Shown: piece by piece, positions 37,317 to 48,390 of the stretch
Layout of the letters: each line of letters starts with the position of its first letter
Numbering within the stretch: the stretch's first letter is position 1
Source of the DNA: Patescibacteria group bacterium
Lineage (GTDB): Bacteria > Patescibacteriota > Dojkabacteria > J137
DNA length: 64,000 bases
NCBI GenBank assembly: GCA_963169855.1
Contig: CAUJCN010000001.1
Location: 17,828-81,827, forward strand
Direction: 5' to 3'
Notes under the pieces: model-generated
Told to the model about the DNA's origin: nothing
Database searches by the model: none
The model's input: the letters and a program-made list of their open reading frames with translations, nothing else
Program-made: the position numbers and the translations under genes

Positions 37317-37335
37317 TATTTTTTAACTTTCAAAA

Positions 37336-37632
37336 ATGAGTAACGACGACACTAACCCTCAAGCCGATGTGGATACAGATGTAGATTTATTAGAAACCAC
37401 AGACAATACAGACACTTTCGCTGGACTACACAAAGATGCGCAGACAGGAACAGACATGGACGAAGAAACTTTACCTCAAGATTTAGAGGATGATGAAGAT
37501 GGAGACAATCCTTTAGATACAGACAGCGGAATGGAGGATGTTGATCAACCAACACAAAATAGCCAGCCTCGAGATTTAAACGAAGAGCTAGAAACTGATT
37601 TAGATGAAGACGATGGAGTAGAAGTTGCATAA
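37336..37632 (+). CDS. Highly acidic, probably disordered small protein
   Basis: 98 aa dominated by D/E/T. Confidence 0.6.
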   Translation: MSNDDTNPQADVDTDVDLLETTDNTDTFAGLHKDAQTGTDMDEETLPQDLEDDEDGDNPLDTDSGMEDVDQPTQNSQPRDLNEELETDLDEDDGVEVA

Positions 37633-37637
37633 TTTTA

Positions 37638-38294
37638 ATGAATAAACTGATAAAGCTATCACAAGACAATCTGGAGCAAAGCGTGAGCCTAGCTTCAGAT
37701 TTTTTAAACAATAATGGAGTAATAGCAGTGCCTACTGATACTATCTATGGGTTAGCTTGCTTAGTAAATAGCAATAAAGCACTTGAAAGAATTTACGAAA
37801 TCAAAAAAAGAGATTCGACAAAACCTCTGGCAATTGCAGTGAGCGATGTTTCGGAGATTTACCACGTTGCAGAAGTTACAGTTGCCAAAGAAATTTTAGA
37901 AGACTTACTACCAGGAAAAGTAACTTTAATTTTCAAAAGAAAACATTCTTTGAATTCTGAACTTAACCCACAAACAGATTTGATAGGGGTTAGAATCCCT
38001 GACTCTGAGTTTGTTCGTGAACTAAGTAGGAAAGTTGGACCACTTGCTTTAACGAGTGCCAATATGAGTTCACAACAAAGTACAATTCAAGTAGAAGAAT
38101 TTCAGGAGTTGTGGATAAAGTTATCTGCAGTCTTTGACGGAGGAAGTTTAGAAGAAAACGACCCTGGAAGACTTGGCTCGACAGTAGTAGATCTTTCAAA
38201 CCAGGGTTTTTACAAAATACTTAGAGACGGTTGTGCCAAGGAATCAACCATCTCGACACTTCAATCTTACGGACTAGCCCAGCTCAGCAAGTGA
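37638..38294 (+). CDS. tsaC: Threonylcarbamoyl-AMP synthase (YrdC/TsaC), eukaryote-like
   Basis: PTDTIYGL, K.R...KPL, PG.VT, GVRIP, LTSAN, GSTVVD; no Sua5 domain. Confidence 0.93.
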   Translation: MNKLIKLSQDNLEQSVSLASDFLNNNGVIAVPTDTIYGLACLVNSNKALERIYEIKKRDSTKPLAIAVSDVSEIYHVAEVTVAKEILEDLLPGKVTLIFKRKHSLNSELNPQTDLIGVRIPDSEFVRELSRKVGPLALTSANMSSQQSTIQVEEFQELWIKLSAVFDGGSLEENDPGRLGSTVVDLSNQGFYKILRDGCAKESTISTLQSYGLAQLSK

Positions 38295-38323
38295 TATATC
38301 TACTATATATGCTATAATATAGC

Positions 38324-38660
38324 ATGGATATGGATTTTATAGATTCTGACAAAAGAGATACTTGGTACGACAATCTTTCAAACCTAGCCCAATCTGAGTT
38401 TCGAAATCAGGATAGCTGAAATAGTTCATCTAGCAAGAAGATACGGAGAATTCTATTTTATGCTTCTTGATAGCAAAGCACCATTTTACAAAGGACTCAA
38501 AAATCCTTTAGCACAATGGGTAGTTTTAAATGCAGCTGAGGAAGCTATTGCGGAATTAGGAATCCCAATTTCTAAATCCCTACATAACTCCAAAACTAGT
38601 GAAAGCTTTTTACCGGTTGAGAAAAAAGAGGATGGAGTTGAGCAAGTAACCGAGCAATAA
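38324..38660 (+). pseudogene. Probable frameshifted hypothetical gene
   Basis: ATG just after TATAAT opens MDMDFIDSDKRDTWY..., stops early; an overlapping frame continues into the 38460-38660 ORF. Confidence 0.35.
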
Positions 38661-38661
38661 G

Positions 38662-38684
38662 AAACGCCGGTAACCCGGCGTTTT
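38662..38684. terminator. Bidirectional terminator
   Basis: AAACGCCGG-TAAC-CCGGCGTTTT between convergent genes. Confidence 0.8.
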
Positions 38685-38699
38685 ATTCCAATTCAAATT

Positions 38700-39290
38700 C
38701 TATTTAGACTGACTGTTATTTATTACAACTCCTAGCACAGTCACTGCCACAAATCCAAGAGTTACAACAATACAATTAGTAACTAACTGCTGAACGCTTA
38801 ACACACTCGCGTCTATAAACGGATAAGGATACCAATTCACGATAGAACCTCTTATCAATGAATAAACCAAATAGCCAATTGGGTAAAGTAACCAAGCAAA
38901 AGCTAAACTCCACCTTAAAGTTCTTTTTTCTAAGAAAAGCAACCAACTTATTACATACAATAGAGGAGTAACATAATGCAGTAGAGCATCTGCAACAAAT
39001 TCTAATCCTTGCGGACTCCAAATACTTGCAAGAACAAATGTATAGACAAGTCCAGTTATAGCAATGTTGACCATAGCGCCAAATTGGAAAAGTTGTTCCC
39101 ATTTACTAAAGCTATTCTTCTTGAAAAGTAAGTATGTACAGAACAATGCAACAATAACGTTACTTTGTATTGTGAAGAAACTGAATATATTTACAATATT
39201 AAAATCAGGCTTTTGACTTGCAACATAAGTAATTAGAATTAAGCCAAGCCAAGCAGAAGCAGCGGTGATGAGCAAAGCAAGTTTTTTCAT
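38700..39290 (-). CDS. Pr6Pr-family membrane protein
   Basis: FFTIQSN, ITGLVY..L, LHYVTP, WYPYPFID motifs; multi-TM. Confidence 0.9.
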   Translation of the reverse strand: MKKLALLITAASAWLGLILITYVASQKPDFNIVNIFSFFTIQSNVIVALFCTYLLFKKNSFSKWEQLFQFGAMVNIAITGLVYTFVLASIWSPQGLEFVADALLHYVTPLLYVISWLLFLEKRTLRWSLAFAWLLYPIGYLVYSLIRGSIVNWYPYPFIDASVLSVQQLVTNCIVVTLGFVAVTVLGVVINNSQSK

Positions 39291-39345
39291 AGAAATGAGT
39301 TAACTACTAAAATATTAGTAGATATTAAAGTGAAAGTCTAGGAAG

Positions 39346-39726
39346 TTATTCCGCAGAAATCTCTTTAGGTTCTTCTTTCGAATCTTCAAGATGAGTATCT
39401 TTGAAATTTGATGTTCTCTTTAGTCCGTATCCCAAAACTCTATCGATACTTGAGTGCGCGAACAGAATGATTCCCACAAAAATGAAAGTTGGAATACTAA
39501 AGTACAGTCCTAACATTATGAATAGGCAAGCAATTCCTTTGTGATGAAGTAAATTGTAAGTTATGGCACCAACTCGGTTACTTGCTAAGTATCCCAACAT
39601 TCCTATGTCAGGTGTAAATAATAGAATCAGAAATGCGATCCAATCACCACCGATTCCTACAAAAGCCATAAAGCTAAGTGCAAACATTCCAAGTTCTTCT
39701 AGTTTTAAAGATATTTTCATGAACAT
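39346..39726 (-). CDS. DUF4260 membrane protein
   Basis: LEE, PDIGMLGY, GA..YN..H, H...DR.LGYGLK, F.DTHL. Confidence 0.9.
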   Translation of the reverse strand: MFMKISLKLEELGMFALSFMAFVGIGGDWIAFLILLFTPDIGMLGYLASNRVGAITYNLLHHKGIACLFIMLGLYFSIPTFIFVGIILFAHSSIDRVLGYGLKRTSNFKDTHLEDSKEEPKEISAE

Positions 39727-39784
39727 AATTCTGCTATAAAGTTTAATTTACTAATAATAGCATTTTAGACTATAATCGAAACAA

Positions 39785-40315
39785 ATGAACAAGAAAATTC
39801 TTCAAATAGGCAATCCTAAATTACGCGAAGTTTCCGAACTGCTATCTAAAGATGAAATTTTGTCTTCGGAAATATCTGAACTTAAAAAAGATCTAATAGA
39901 CACACTAGCTTCTCAAAAAGTTGGAGTTGGGATCTCGGCTGTACAAATTGGAATACTAAAACAGGTTTTCTTGGTAAACATAAAACCAAATCCGAATAGA
40001 CCAGAGCTAGTTTCAACTGGACCTAAGTTTTTCTTTAATCCAAAAATTATTAAATTCTCTAAGGAAAATGTAGAAATGACCGAAGGATGCTTAAGCATTT
40101 CAGAAGCAAAACTGTTTGGAAAAGTTTCTCGTCCTCATCAAATAACACTTAGTTATCAAGATGAGAAAGGAGAAGGTCATACAGAAGAGTTCGATGGATT
40201 TATGTGTAGAGTTATACAACATGAAGTTGATCATATAAATGGAAAACTTTTTACGGATATTGTAGATTTACAATCGCTAACAAGCGACGAAGAGATGAGA
40301 AAGAATTCAAAATAG
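39785..40315 (+). CDS. def: Peptide deformylase
   Basis: GVGISAVQIG, EGCLS, QHEVDH motifs. Confidence 0.97.
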   Translation: MNKKILQIGNPKLREVSELLSKDEILSSEISELKKDLIDTLASQKVGVGISAVQIGILKQVFLVNIKPNPNRPELVSTGPKFFFNPKIIKFSKENVEMTEGCLSISEAKLFGKVSRPHQITLSYQDEKGEGHTEEFDGFMCRVIQHEVDHINGKLFTDIVDLQSLTSDEEMRKNSK

Positions 40316-40351
40316 AGAAGAGAGCCCGAAGGCCCTCAACTCCATTAAATA

Positions 40352-43300
40352 CTAGTAACTTGAACACACATCGAAAACACATAATCTAGAGGCATTGTAT
40401 AGATCGACTTTGTTAATTTTACCTACAGGTTCGTAGTGATACTTTCCTGTTGGAACTATTTTTGCATTATCCCATAGGAGTTTACCGTTCGAATAATACG
40501 GATCGTGATATTTTTGCATTTCGATGTATTCATTATAAGTTGTGTATTCACCTACTATTATCTCAATTTTTAAAATACTCAACGAATCCACTATCTTCGA
40601 TAATTTTGTAACCAAACCTTTTCCAAAGCTACTCGGTGATAGAGGCTGTGGTAATTCTTTATATTCAACACCAGTTCGCAGTTCGATTGATTTTCCAGTT
40701 GGCTTCCAGAATGAATATCCGTCTTTATGCATTCCAAGCGCACCCTCATGGTTATAAAGTCTTCCAAAAGCTGCCGTTACTGCACCATTTACAAATTTAC
40801 CCCCACTTAATTCAGATATTGTACCTCCGATTGCTCCTGCCATTAGAACTCTTCCTTCCAGACTGTTTGGGAATGCATTCTCAACAAAGTAATCAGATCT
40901 TGATGTTAGTGCAGCACTTATAAACCCATGTTCAAATTTTCCTCCTTCTATTACACTTTTTGTTCCACCAACAACTCCATGTCCAATCATATTAGAAACA
41001 GGATCAGTCAAATATTTTCCAACCATTCCAAAAGCATTAGCAGTACCTAAAGATACAAATCCAGATGTTATTCCTGCCCTGAAAGCGTCTCCAATACTTC
41101 CACCATTTAACAAAGTTCCAGTGAATGAAGATCCAAATCCAAAAGCAAATGCACCAGCTGATGAAGCCAACGGTATATTGAACGTTGCAATTGCTACCAC
41201 AGTAACCACAATAGCTACACCTGCCTTCCAATTATCTTTTACAAAGTTAACAACATTATCTGCTTTCTCCTCAAACCAATCTTTTACACCTCCAAATAAA
41301 TATCCACTTGGATCAGTTAAGTTCAACGGATTATTCATTACGTAAGAATATCTATTGTAACTTTGAGTCATGCCTGGCTCCTGAATGAATGGATCTGCAG
41401 AAACAAATCTACCGATTACAGGATCGTAAACTCTTCCTTTCATATTTATCAAACCAACTTTGTCCAGTTGTTCGTGACCTGTAAATCCAATCTTACTTCC
41501 ACTTGTTACAGTACCAGAACTTTGCCAGTTAGATGATCTTCGTTTTCCCCAAGAATCGAAACTTAGTCTTTCTACTAATGCACCAGTCTGATCTGTAATT
41601 ATAGACAATGATCCTATGTGGTCGTAAAGCATGAATTTTGTTGTAGCAGTTCCTGTTTTTGGTTTTGTATAAGTCGCAATAACTTTTCCATTCACAAATA
41701 TATTATGAAGTTCTTCTGAGTTTGTACCAGTTGTTACTTTCTCGTAAAGACTTCCTATATAAACTGTTGTTGTAGAATTTCCGTTATCGTTAAGAACATT
41801 TTTATACAAATCTCCTGAAGGATCATAAGTGAACGTCTGACTTACAGTCGCCTTTGAAATTATCTTTACCTTATTAAATGATGTATAGGTGATTGATCCG
41901 TCACTACTTGTTATTCTGTTTCCATTTGCATCGTAAGTGTAAGAATTATTTACGTTTCCAGAAACCTGAGTAACTGCATGTGGCTTACTTCCGTAAGTGT
42001 AATTTCCAACGTCTGTTTTGTTTACAATATTTCCAATAGAGTTGTATGAAGTACTTACTGATTGCCCATTTATATGTGCCAAAGTTATTCTGTTTAATGC
42101 ATCGTATCCAAAAGTTTCTTCAACATTCTGAATATTATCTTTTCTAGTAAGTAAGTTTCCAAGTTGATCATAATTGTATGTTAGATTTTGCGTTCCAACT
42201 AAGTTTGCAAGATTCCCTGCGGTAATGTTCGTTAAGTAACCAGTTACATTATTGTAAGAGTAGTTAGAAATAATTCCGTTTCCTAAAGTTTCTTTCAACA
42301 ACTGACCTTTTGCGTTTAAAGAATCTAGTTTCCAGTAAGAACTATTATCTTTATAATTTTTTACTTCGCTTAATACTCCAAACCCATTATAGATGTTTGT
42401 AACAGCAAATCCCGACGGATAAATTAATGTTTTGTCTCGAGAGTACTGATCAAAGACTTTCGTAGTGACATATTTTACTTCATCTATTGTTTTTATTGTC
42501 TCGTAAGTTCTTCCTAAAGAATCGTAATTGAAATTTTCGGCATAACCGTTTTCAGCTGTAATTTTGTTAATTTTACCTAAAGCTTTATTTCCAATATCGT
42601 ACTCATAAACTACAACACCTTCCAATCTTTCAATCGAAGAAATTCTTCCTAACTTGTCGTAAGTTGTAGTTGAAGTTTGATTTTTTGCATCAGTGATTAC
42701 AGTTTTTTCACTAAAAGTATTGTAGAAATATTGCGTTACTCCTGTATCAGGATCGTTGATCTCTGTTTGTCTTCCCCGAATGTCGTACTTCATGTAAATT
42801 GTATTTCCCATTGGATCGATCGTGGAAATTAAATTTCCAAAGTTATCATATTTGCTGTGAACAGAATTACTGTAAACATCAGTGACTTTTACTACCAACC
42901 CAACAACGTTTTTCAAAGTTCTTGTTTCTTGTCCCATTAAACTTACTTTTGTTTCTAATCCTGTGTAACTGATTTGTTTATCACGATCACCCGGATAGGC
43001 TTCTCTTGTAAGTCTTCCGAAGTTGTCGTAAGTAAACTGAACACAGTTTTGGGTAGATTCATTTGCGAAGTATGGTTCACACTTTTTTGTCAATTGACCA
43101 AGATTATTGTAAGTAGAGTCTATATTAATCATTCTTCCATCAAATCCAAGTGTTTGACTTCTAACTTCACGATTTATAACATCGTAGAAAGTATTCATAG
43201 TTTGTCCAGAATTGTTATCAACTCTAACAAAATATTTTGCTCCAGCTGGACACAAACTTCCGTTGCACATTAAGTAACTTGTTCTTGAAGCTGATCCATC

Positions 43301-46300
43301 AGGTTGAGTAACTTTCACAACTCTTCCGAAAACGTCATATTCATACTTAACAACTAGTCCGTTTGGATCTGTAACAGTTAACAAATTTCCAGTCGCTGCA
43401 TCAAATGTTTTGACAGTTTTATGACCAAGTGAATTTGTAGACTCTAGATCAAATCTTCCATTTGTACTGTAGATTGTTTGCTGAGTTCTTACTTCATTTG
43501 TATTTGGCATCTCATAACTTTTAATTATGTTTCCAAATAAATCGTAATCATATTTTTTGTCGTACTTTAGTGCGGGAATATCTGGTTCAACAGTTTCTCT
43601 TAAAAGTTGACCAGTATTTGGATCGTAGTTGAATGCTGATACTCTTGTTTGCGCAGATAATTCCGGAGCTTCTTTAGTAACTTCTGCTCTTGTTAATCTT
43701 CCGATTATCCAGTTACTTGCATTGTTATTAAATGTGTTTACAGTTGTTGTTCTATAAGTATTTTGTGTACCGTCAACGTCTGTTGTAAGTACAACTCTTG
43801 TTTGATTTCCATATTCATCATAAGTAAATTCTGATCTATCAGTTTTTATTATTGAACCATTTAATGGATCGAAAACTTTAGTCACAGAGTTTGTTACATA
43901 AGGGAAGTATCTTTCGTTCACTAAACTTGTTCCCTTTCTTGTGGCTTCAAGACTGCTCAATGTATTTACTGTAGAACTCAGAAGTGTTCCGTTAGATGAT
44001 TTAACTTCGTTCTTTAAAACCATTCCTCTAAAAATATGAACCTGTTCAAACTCAGAATAATCTGTAATTCCAGTTTGATTGTCAGTTTTTCTCAACCATC
44101 TGAATCCCAAGAAACCTCTACCTCTTGTATTTATCTCTGCCCCACCGTACGTAAAGCTATATTGATTTAATCCTCCAACTCCGTTTGTAACTTTGTAATC
44201 TGATACAACATAAATCGGACCTTGGAAATCAACTCTAGTAGGATAGCTGGCATCGTTATCTTTTGTATAAACAGAAGAATCTGTTAGAGGTTTGTAATTA
44301 ACTTGTACTTCTAACCCATGACCGTTTACAACTTTTGTAAGTAAATTTGGTGCGGAGATTCCATTCAATCTAACACTCCAAGTACTTCCACTTTGTGTGT
44401 ATGCAGCCATGTCGATTGATCCATCGCCATTATAATCTCCAAAGAAGTTATTTCCTGCCCCTCCTGCATGAGAGAACCATGTTGAAGAACTTCCACTTGC
44501 ACCAAAATTAAACCCTGTTGAAAGTTGAACATCCCACATTCCTCCTGAACCTGTATATCCTGCAATATCAGATTTTCCATCTCCGTTAAAGTCTCCAACA
44601 TAATTGTTAGAAGTGCCGCCGCCATGTCCTGTCCAATGAGGTTTTGCTAAACTATCATCGGTACAATCAAAATTTGTTCCAGTTGATAAACACACTTTCC
44701 ATTTATTTCCAGAAACGAAACCCATTGTATCTGTTAAACCATCACCGTTAAAATCTCCTAAGAATGTATTTTGAAGATTCATAGAAGTATTAGGTGAATT
44801 CCACATTCCTGAATCAACAAATCCAGTTCCTGTAGATAAGAATATTCTGAATTTAGATGGATCAGTTGGAACTGCGTACTTCATCATATCGAGCATTCCA
44901 TCACCATTGAAATCTCCCAAAATGTTGTTCGATAATCCACCATCGTGACTAACAGTGTTTGGAGTGCAAGAGAAATCAAAGGTGAGTGGAGAAGTAGTCC
45001 TAATTACTGTGTAACAAACTGTCCACAAATTTCCTGATTGATATCCAGCCATGTCAGTCATTCCATCTCCATTAAAGTCCCCAGTGATAGTATTTGCATA
45101 ACCGAGTCCATGTCCAGTCCATAAGTTATCGTTGTATTCACCTCCTACTGGTTGATCTACAAAACCTGTTCCGGTTGATAATCGAACTCTCCAACCATTT
45201 GCTCTAACTTGATCAGCTTGTCTCATCATGTCAGTTTTTCCATCTCCGTTAAAATCTCCAACGAAGAAATTTCTCATGTCAGAATTTGGATTAACTCCAC
45301 TCCAATTTTGATTGTTGAAAGAAGTTCCGTTTGAAAGACTTACAGTCCATAAAGATAGATCTGAAGAATTGTTTTGATGACCAGCTAAGTCAGTTCTTCC
45401 ATCACCGTTGAAGTCTCCAGTAATTGTTCTAGTTTGGCCAACGCTGTTTGCAGACCAATCACCGCTTCCATTCCCGCTAAAACTCAATTGTGAAGATTCA
45501 AAATCTTTCCAACTAAATGTTGTAGGTTTAAAACAAGAATTGTTGAATCCACATTCTGTAATAGATGCTAGGTAGGAATTCAAAGTTGCAGTTGACGAAG
45601 GTTTGTACGCAAATTTATATTCTTTCACCAAAGTATTTACGTTAGCGTTTGTACTGTAAGATCTGATTGAAGATAATCTCTTATTGACCACAACTACTGA
45701 ACCACCAACGAATTTTCTTTGAGTGTCAGGTCGATTTTCATAAATGAATTCAAGAAAGTTTGTCGGTTGAGTTAAAAGACTTTCATGAGAATTTCCTGTA
45801 TATGAAATCTTGGTTGGGTAAAAATTCGTTCCTGCTGGATCTTCGTAATAATTTATCGTTAGATAGTTACCCAAACGATCATTCATTTTATTGGCAGCCC
45901 AATACAAAACATGAGAAGTTCCAACAGCTTCAATTTTTGAATCAGAAGTCAAACCAAAAACTATTTGAATTCCGCTATTTGTAAAAGCCTCGAACCAAGC
46001 TGGAGCGCCATTTACATTCCCATGGGAAATAACTTTTGTAAAGGTTTCGTGTTCTGTTCGATATTCTGTCCCATCTGCTCCGTAAGCTTGTCCGTCTAAA
46101 TTCATCAGTCTTTCTCCATCCAAGCAAAACTTATCATTTGAATCAAAGTCTACAGGATCAATTGAGTTATCTTGACCCAATGTTGTTCCACATCTAGAAA
46201 TTGTAGATAATCCACCTAGAGAAAATCCCGCACCTAAAATTCCATTAGAACCTCGACTTGAGTAGTTTATGCTCAAAGTTGGAGTCATTCCATTTCCTGA

Positions 46301-48331
46301 GATTCCTGTAGAAAGTGGAATAGAGTAAGTTGATGATCCAACATTATCAACATCGAAATTACCTTGTGTAAATCCAGACACTTCACCATTTACTGCTGGA
46401 AGAGAGTTTAGTGCTGCTGTTTGAACTTTCCAAACAGTATTGAATGTTCCTAAAGAAAAATTCACATTTACTAAAACTCCTTCAGCATTAGAAGAAGCAG
46501 TTTGAATTGCTAAAGTATCGCCGACAGCTACACTTACACTCGTCCCTGATTCAACACCATTCTTTACCAACTTTGTATTTGTTCCTCCACTTACAGTTGC
46601 ATTTCCTGCTGCAGTTATAACAATACTATTTGATGTATATATTAGGTTCTTAGTTGCATCTAAAATATTAACGAAAGTGTACTGTGACTGTTCTGGCATT
46701 GGACCCGTTGTAGCGTTGAGGACAAGATGAACTCTTTTATCAGGATCAGAATTATCTGAACTGTTTATTAACACTTGAAGTCCAGCATCATTAAGTTCCT
46801 GTGTTAATAGTAAACTAGAAATTCTATTTCCAGATTCCACTTGTGGCTTAACAATGTGAGTAACATCTACTGTATACCACTGATAATTTGTCCCACCAGT
46901 GATATCACCAATCACAGAATTAGAATTATTTTTTGCCAATCTTGTATTCCATGTCGGAGTCATTATTGCGGTTGCAGAATCGTCATCCCAATCATCGTTA
47001 TCTATTCCATAAACTTTAATTTTAGTTGTGGTGGCTGGAGTTGCAGAACTTTCAGCAATCTTTGCATAAATGTTTAACTTTGCAGATGCAATTGTGTTGT
47101 AAGGTGTTAAATCAAACTTAAGATAACTTTCTCTTTCGTAGGTCGATGTTCCATCCTTAATCTTCAAACTAGTGTCAGTTCCGTACGCAGTAGTTGGAGA
47201 TCCATCCCAGACATACGTATCATCAACAGGATTAATTCTCGTTCCTTGAGCTGGATGCTGAACAGTAACTGTTCCAGTTGAATAAGCAAATCTCTCACTA
47301 GATCCATCAGAAATCTTAGCGTAAACATAGTAAACTCCATTAGGTATTGCGGTTGTATTCCAGACATATTCATCACCTGTTACTTCCGGATCCTCTGGAA
47401 GATTTCCAATGATTAAAGTTCCGTCATTTCCAGAATTATTATTATCGTAGTAAAGCGAAACAGATGCATTGTTATCTGGATCTGTATCACTCCAAACAAT
47501 TTTGAATTGATTATCGACAACTTCGTTTACATCTGGTTTTAGTATAGATATTGTTGGTGCCTGATTTGTTGGCGTTGGTAAATACTTAACAACTAACACA
47601 GGTTTCTGTGTAGCATTAGGAGAATCGTTACTTTTAATTGCAACTTGCAGTCCTTTATTTTTAAGAGTTTGATTTAATCCTAGAGTAACTAATTTGTCTC
47701 CGGCATATTGCTGCTTAACGAAATTAGTTACATCAATTGTGTACCAAACAAAAGTACTTCCATTAATGTTTGTAGTTGAGATTAATGATTCAGTAGGAAT
47801 AGCAAATTTTGTATTCCAAGTAGGTGTAAGAAGAGGAGTTGATGCTATGTCGTCCCATTGATCATTTGCTAATCCAGAAACATTAAGCTTTGTTTCTAAA
47901 GTTGTTGAACTTGTATCCGAAACTTTAGCTAAAAGTTTAACTTTCGCACTTTGGACAGTTCCAGTAACAGAAGACAGATCAAACTTTATATAGGCATCTT
48001 TATCGTAAGTAGCCTTTCCATCTTTAATTTTTAGATTCTTTTCAGAACCAAACATCGTAGTTGGATTAGAATCGGCTACAAAAGTATCTGCTCTCGAAGG
48101 TAAAGTACTGCTTAGTACGCCTGCGGCCCTTTCTGCTACATCAGGCTCTATTCCTTCAGAAAATCCTCTTTCATCTATCGGAGAATCATCAACCAAACGA
48201 TCATCTTGATCTTCATTTGCGTAAACTACAGTCAGTAATGGCGTGGGTAGGAGAGAGGAGGATAGGATCAAAATGAGCATAAGTAAGACAAAGATCTTGC
48301 TATTGCTTCCCTTTCTAACTAAAGTTCTCAT
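40352..48331 (-). CDS. Large Rhs/YD-repeat protein with signal peptide, two DNRLRE/CBM-like domains, SpvB-like and FG-GAP repeats
   Basis: Hydrophobic N-terminus; duplicated DT(F/Y)V...Y.KFDL domains; many GDFNGDG.TD repeats; YD repeats; Rhs core end YNRYSYVMNNPLNLTDPSG; Gly-rich hydrophobic then unique C-terminal tip. Confidence 0.92.
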   Translation of the reverse strand: MRTLVRKGSNSKIFVLLMLILILSSSLLPTPLLTVVYANEDQDDRLVDDSPIDERGFSEGIEPDVAERAAGVLSSTLPSRADTFVADSNPTTMFGSEKNLKIKDGKATYDKDAYIKFDLSSVTGTVQSAKVKLLAKVSDTSSTTLETKLNVSGLANDQWDDIASTPLLTPTWNTKFAIPTESLISTTNINGSTFVWYTIDVTNFVKQQYAGDKLVTLGLNQTLKNKGLQVAIKSNDSPNATQKPVLVVKYLPTPTNQAPTISILKPDVNEVVDNQFKIVWSDTDPDNNASVSLYYDNNNSGNDGTLIIGNLPEDPEVTGDEYVWNTTAIPNGVYYVYAKISDGSSERFAYSTGTVTVQHPAQGTRINPVDDTYVWDGSPTTAYGTDTSLKIKDGTSTYERESYLKFDLTPYNTIASAKLNIYAKIAESSATPATTTKIKVYGIDNDDWDDDSATAIMTPTWNTRLAKNNSNSVIGDITGGTNYQWYTVDVTHIVKPQVESGNRISSLLLTQELNDAGLQVLINSSDNSDPDKRVHLVLNATTGPMPEQSQYTFVNILDATKNLIYTSNSIVITAAGNATVSGGTNTKLVKNGVESGTSVSVAVGDTLAIQTASSNAEGVLVNVNFSLGTFNTVWKVQTAALNSLPAVNGEVSGFTQGNFDVDNVGSSTYSIPLSTGISGNGMTPTLSINYSSRGSNGILGAGFSLGGLSTISRCGTTLGQDNSIDPVDFDSNDKFCLDGERLMNLDGQAYGADGTEYRTEHETFTKVISHGNVNGAPAWFEAFTNSGIQIVFGLTSDSKIEAVGTSHVLYWAANKMNDRLGNYLTINYYEDPAGTNFYPTKISYTGNSHESLLTQPTNFLEFIYENRPDTQRKFVGGSVVVVNKRLSSIRSYSTNANVNTLVKEYKFAYKPSSTATLNSYLASITECGFNNSCFKPTTFSWKDFESSQLSFSGNGSGDWSANSVGQTRTITGDFNGDGRTDLAGHQNNSSDLSLWTVSLSNGTSFNNQNWSGVNPNSDMRNFFVGDFNGDGKTDMMRQADQVRANGWRVRLSTGTGFVDQPVGGEYNDNLWTGHGLGYANTITGDFNGDGMTDMAGYQSGNLWTVCYTVIRTTSPLTFDFSCTPNTVSHDGGLSNNILGDFNGDGMLDMMKYAVPTDPSKFRIFLSTGTGFVDSGMWNSPNTSMNLQNTFLGDFNGDGLTDTMGFVSGNKWKVCLSTGTNFDCTDDSLAKPHWTGHGGGTSNNYVGDFNGDGKSDIAGYTGSGGMWDVQLSTGFNFGASGSSSTWFSHAGGAGNNFFGDYNGDGSIDMAAYTQSGSTWSVRLNGISAPNLLTKVVNGHGLEVQVNYKPLTDSSVYTKDNDASYPTRVDFQGPIYVVSDYKVTNGVGGLNQYSFTYGGAEINTRGRGFLGFRWLRKTDNQTGITDYSEFEQVHIFRGMVLKNEVKSSNGTLLSSTVNTLSSLEATRKGTSLVNERYFPYVTNSVTKVFDPLNGSIIKTDRSEFTYDEYGNQTRVVLTTDVDGTQNTYRTTTVNTFNNNASNWIIGRLTRAEVTKEAPELSAQTRVSAFNYDPNTGQLLRETVEPDIPALKYDKKYDYDLFGNIIKSYEMPNTNEVRTQQTIYSTNGRFDLESTNSLGHKTVKTFDAATGNLLTVTDPNGLVVKYEYDVFGRVVKVTQPDGSASRTSYLMCNGSLCPAGAKYFVRVDNNSGQTMNTFYDVINREVRSQTLGFDGRMINIDSTYNNLGQLTKKCEPYFANESTQNCVQFTYDNFGRLTREAYPGDRDKQISYTGLETKVSLMGQETRTLKNVVGLVVKVTDVYSNSVHSKYDNFGNLISTIDPMGNTIYMKYDIRGRQTEINDPDTGVTQYFYNTFSEKTVITDAKNQTSTTTYDKLGRISSIERLEGVVVYEYDIGNKALGKINKITAENGYAENFNYDSLGRTYETIKTIDEVKYVTTKVFDQYSRDKTLIYPSGFAVTNIYNGFGVLSEVKNYKDNSSYWKLDSLNAKGQLLKETLGNGIISNYSYNNVTGYLTNITAGNLANLVGTQNLTYNYDQLGNLLTRKDNIQNVEETFGYDALNRITLAHINGQSVSTSYNSIGNIVNKTDVGNYTYGSKPHAVTQVSGNVNNSYTYDANGNRITSSDGSITYTSFNKVKIISKATVSQTFTYDPSGDLYKNVLNDNGNSTTTVYIGSLYEKVTTGTNSEELHNIFVNGKVIATYTKPKTGTATTKFMLYDHIGSLSIITDQTGALVERLSFDSWGKRRSSNWQSSGTVTSGSKIGFTGHEQLDKVGLINMKGRVYDPVIGRFVSADPFIQEPGMTQSYNRYSYVMNNPLNLTDPSGYLFGGVKDWFEEKADNVVNFVKDNWKAGVAIVVTVVAIATFNIPLASSAGAFAFGFGSSFTGTLLNGGSIGDAFRAGITSGFVSLGTANAFGMVGKYLTDPVSNMIGHGVVGGTKSVIEGGKFEHGFISAALTSRSDYFVENAFPNSLEGRVLMAGAIGGTISELSGGKFVNGAVTAAFGRLYNHEGALGMHKDGYSFWKPTGKSIELRTGVEYKELPQPLSPSSFGKGLVTKLSKIVDSLSILKIEIIVGEYTTYNEYIEMQKYHDPYYSNGKLLWDNAKIVPTGKYHYEPVGKINKVDLYNASRLCVFDVCSSY

Positions 48332-48390
48332 ATATTTTCAAAATAAAAAATATATTAAAACTTTTGTAATTTCTTTTTTACATATTCGAG

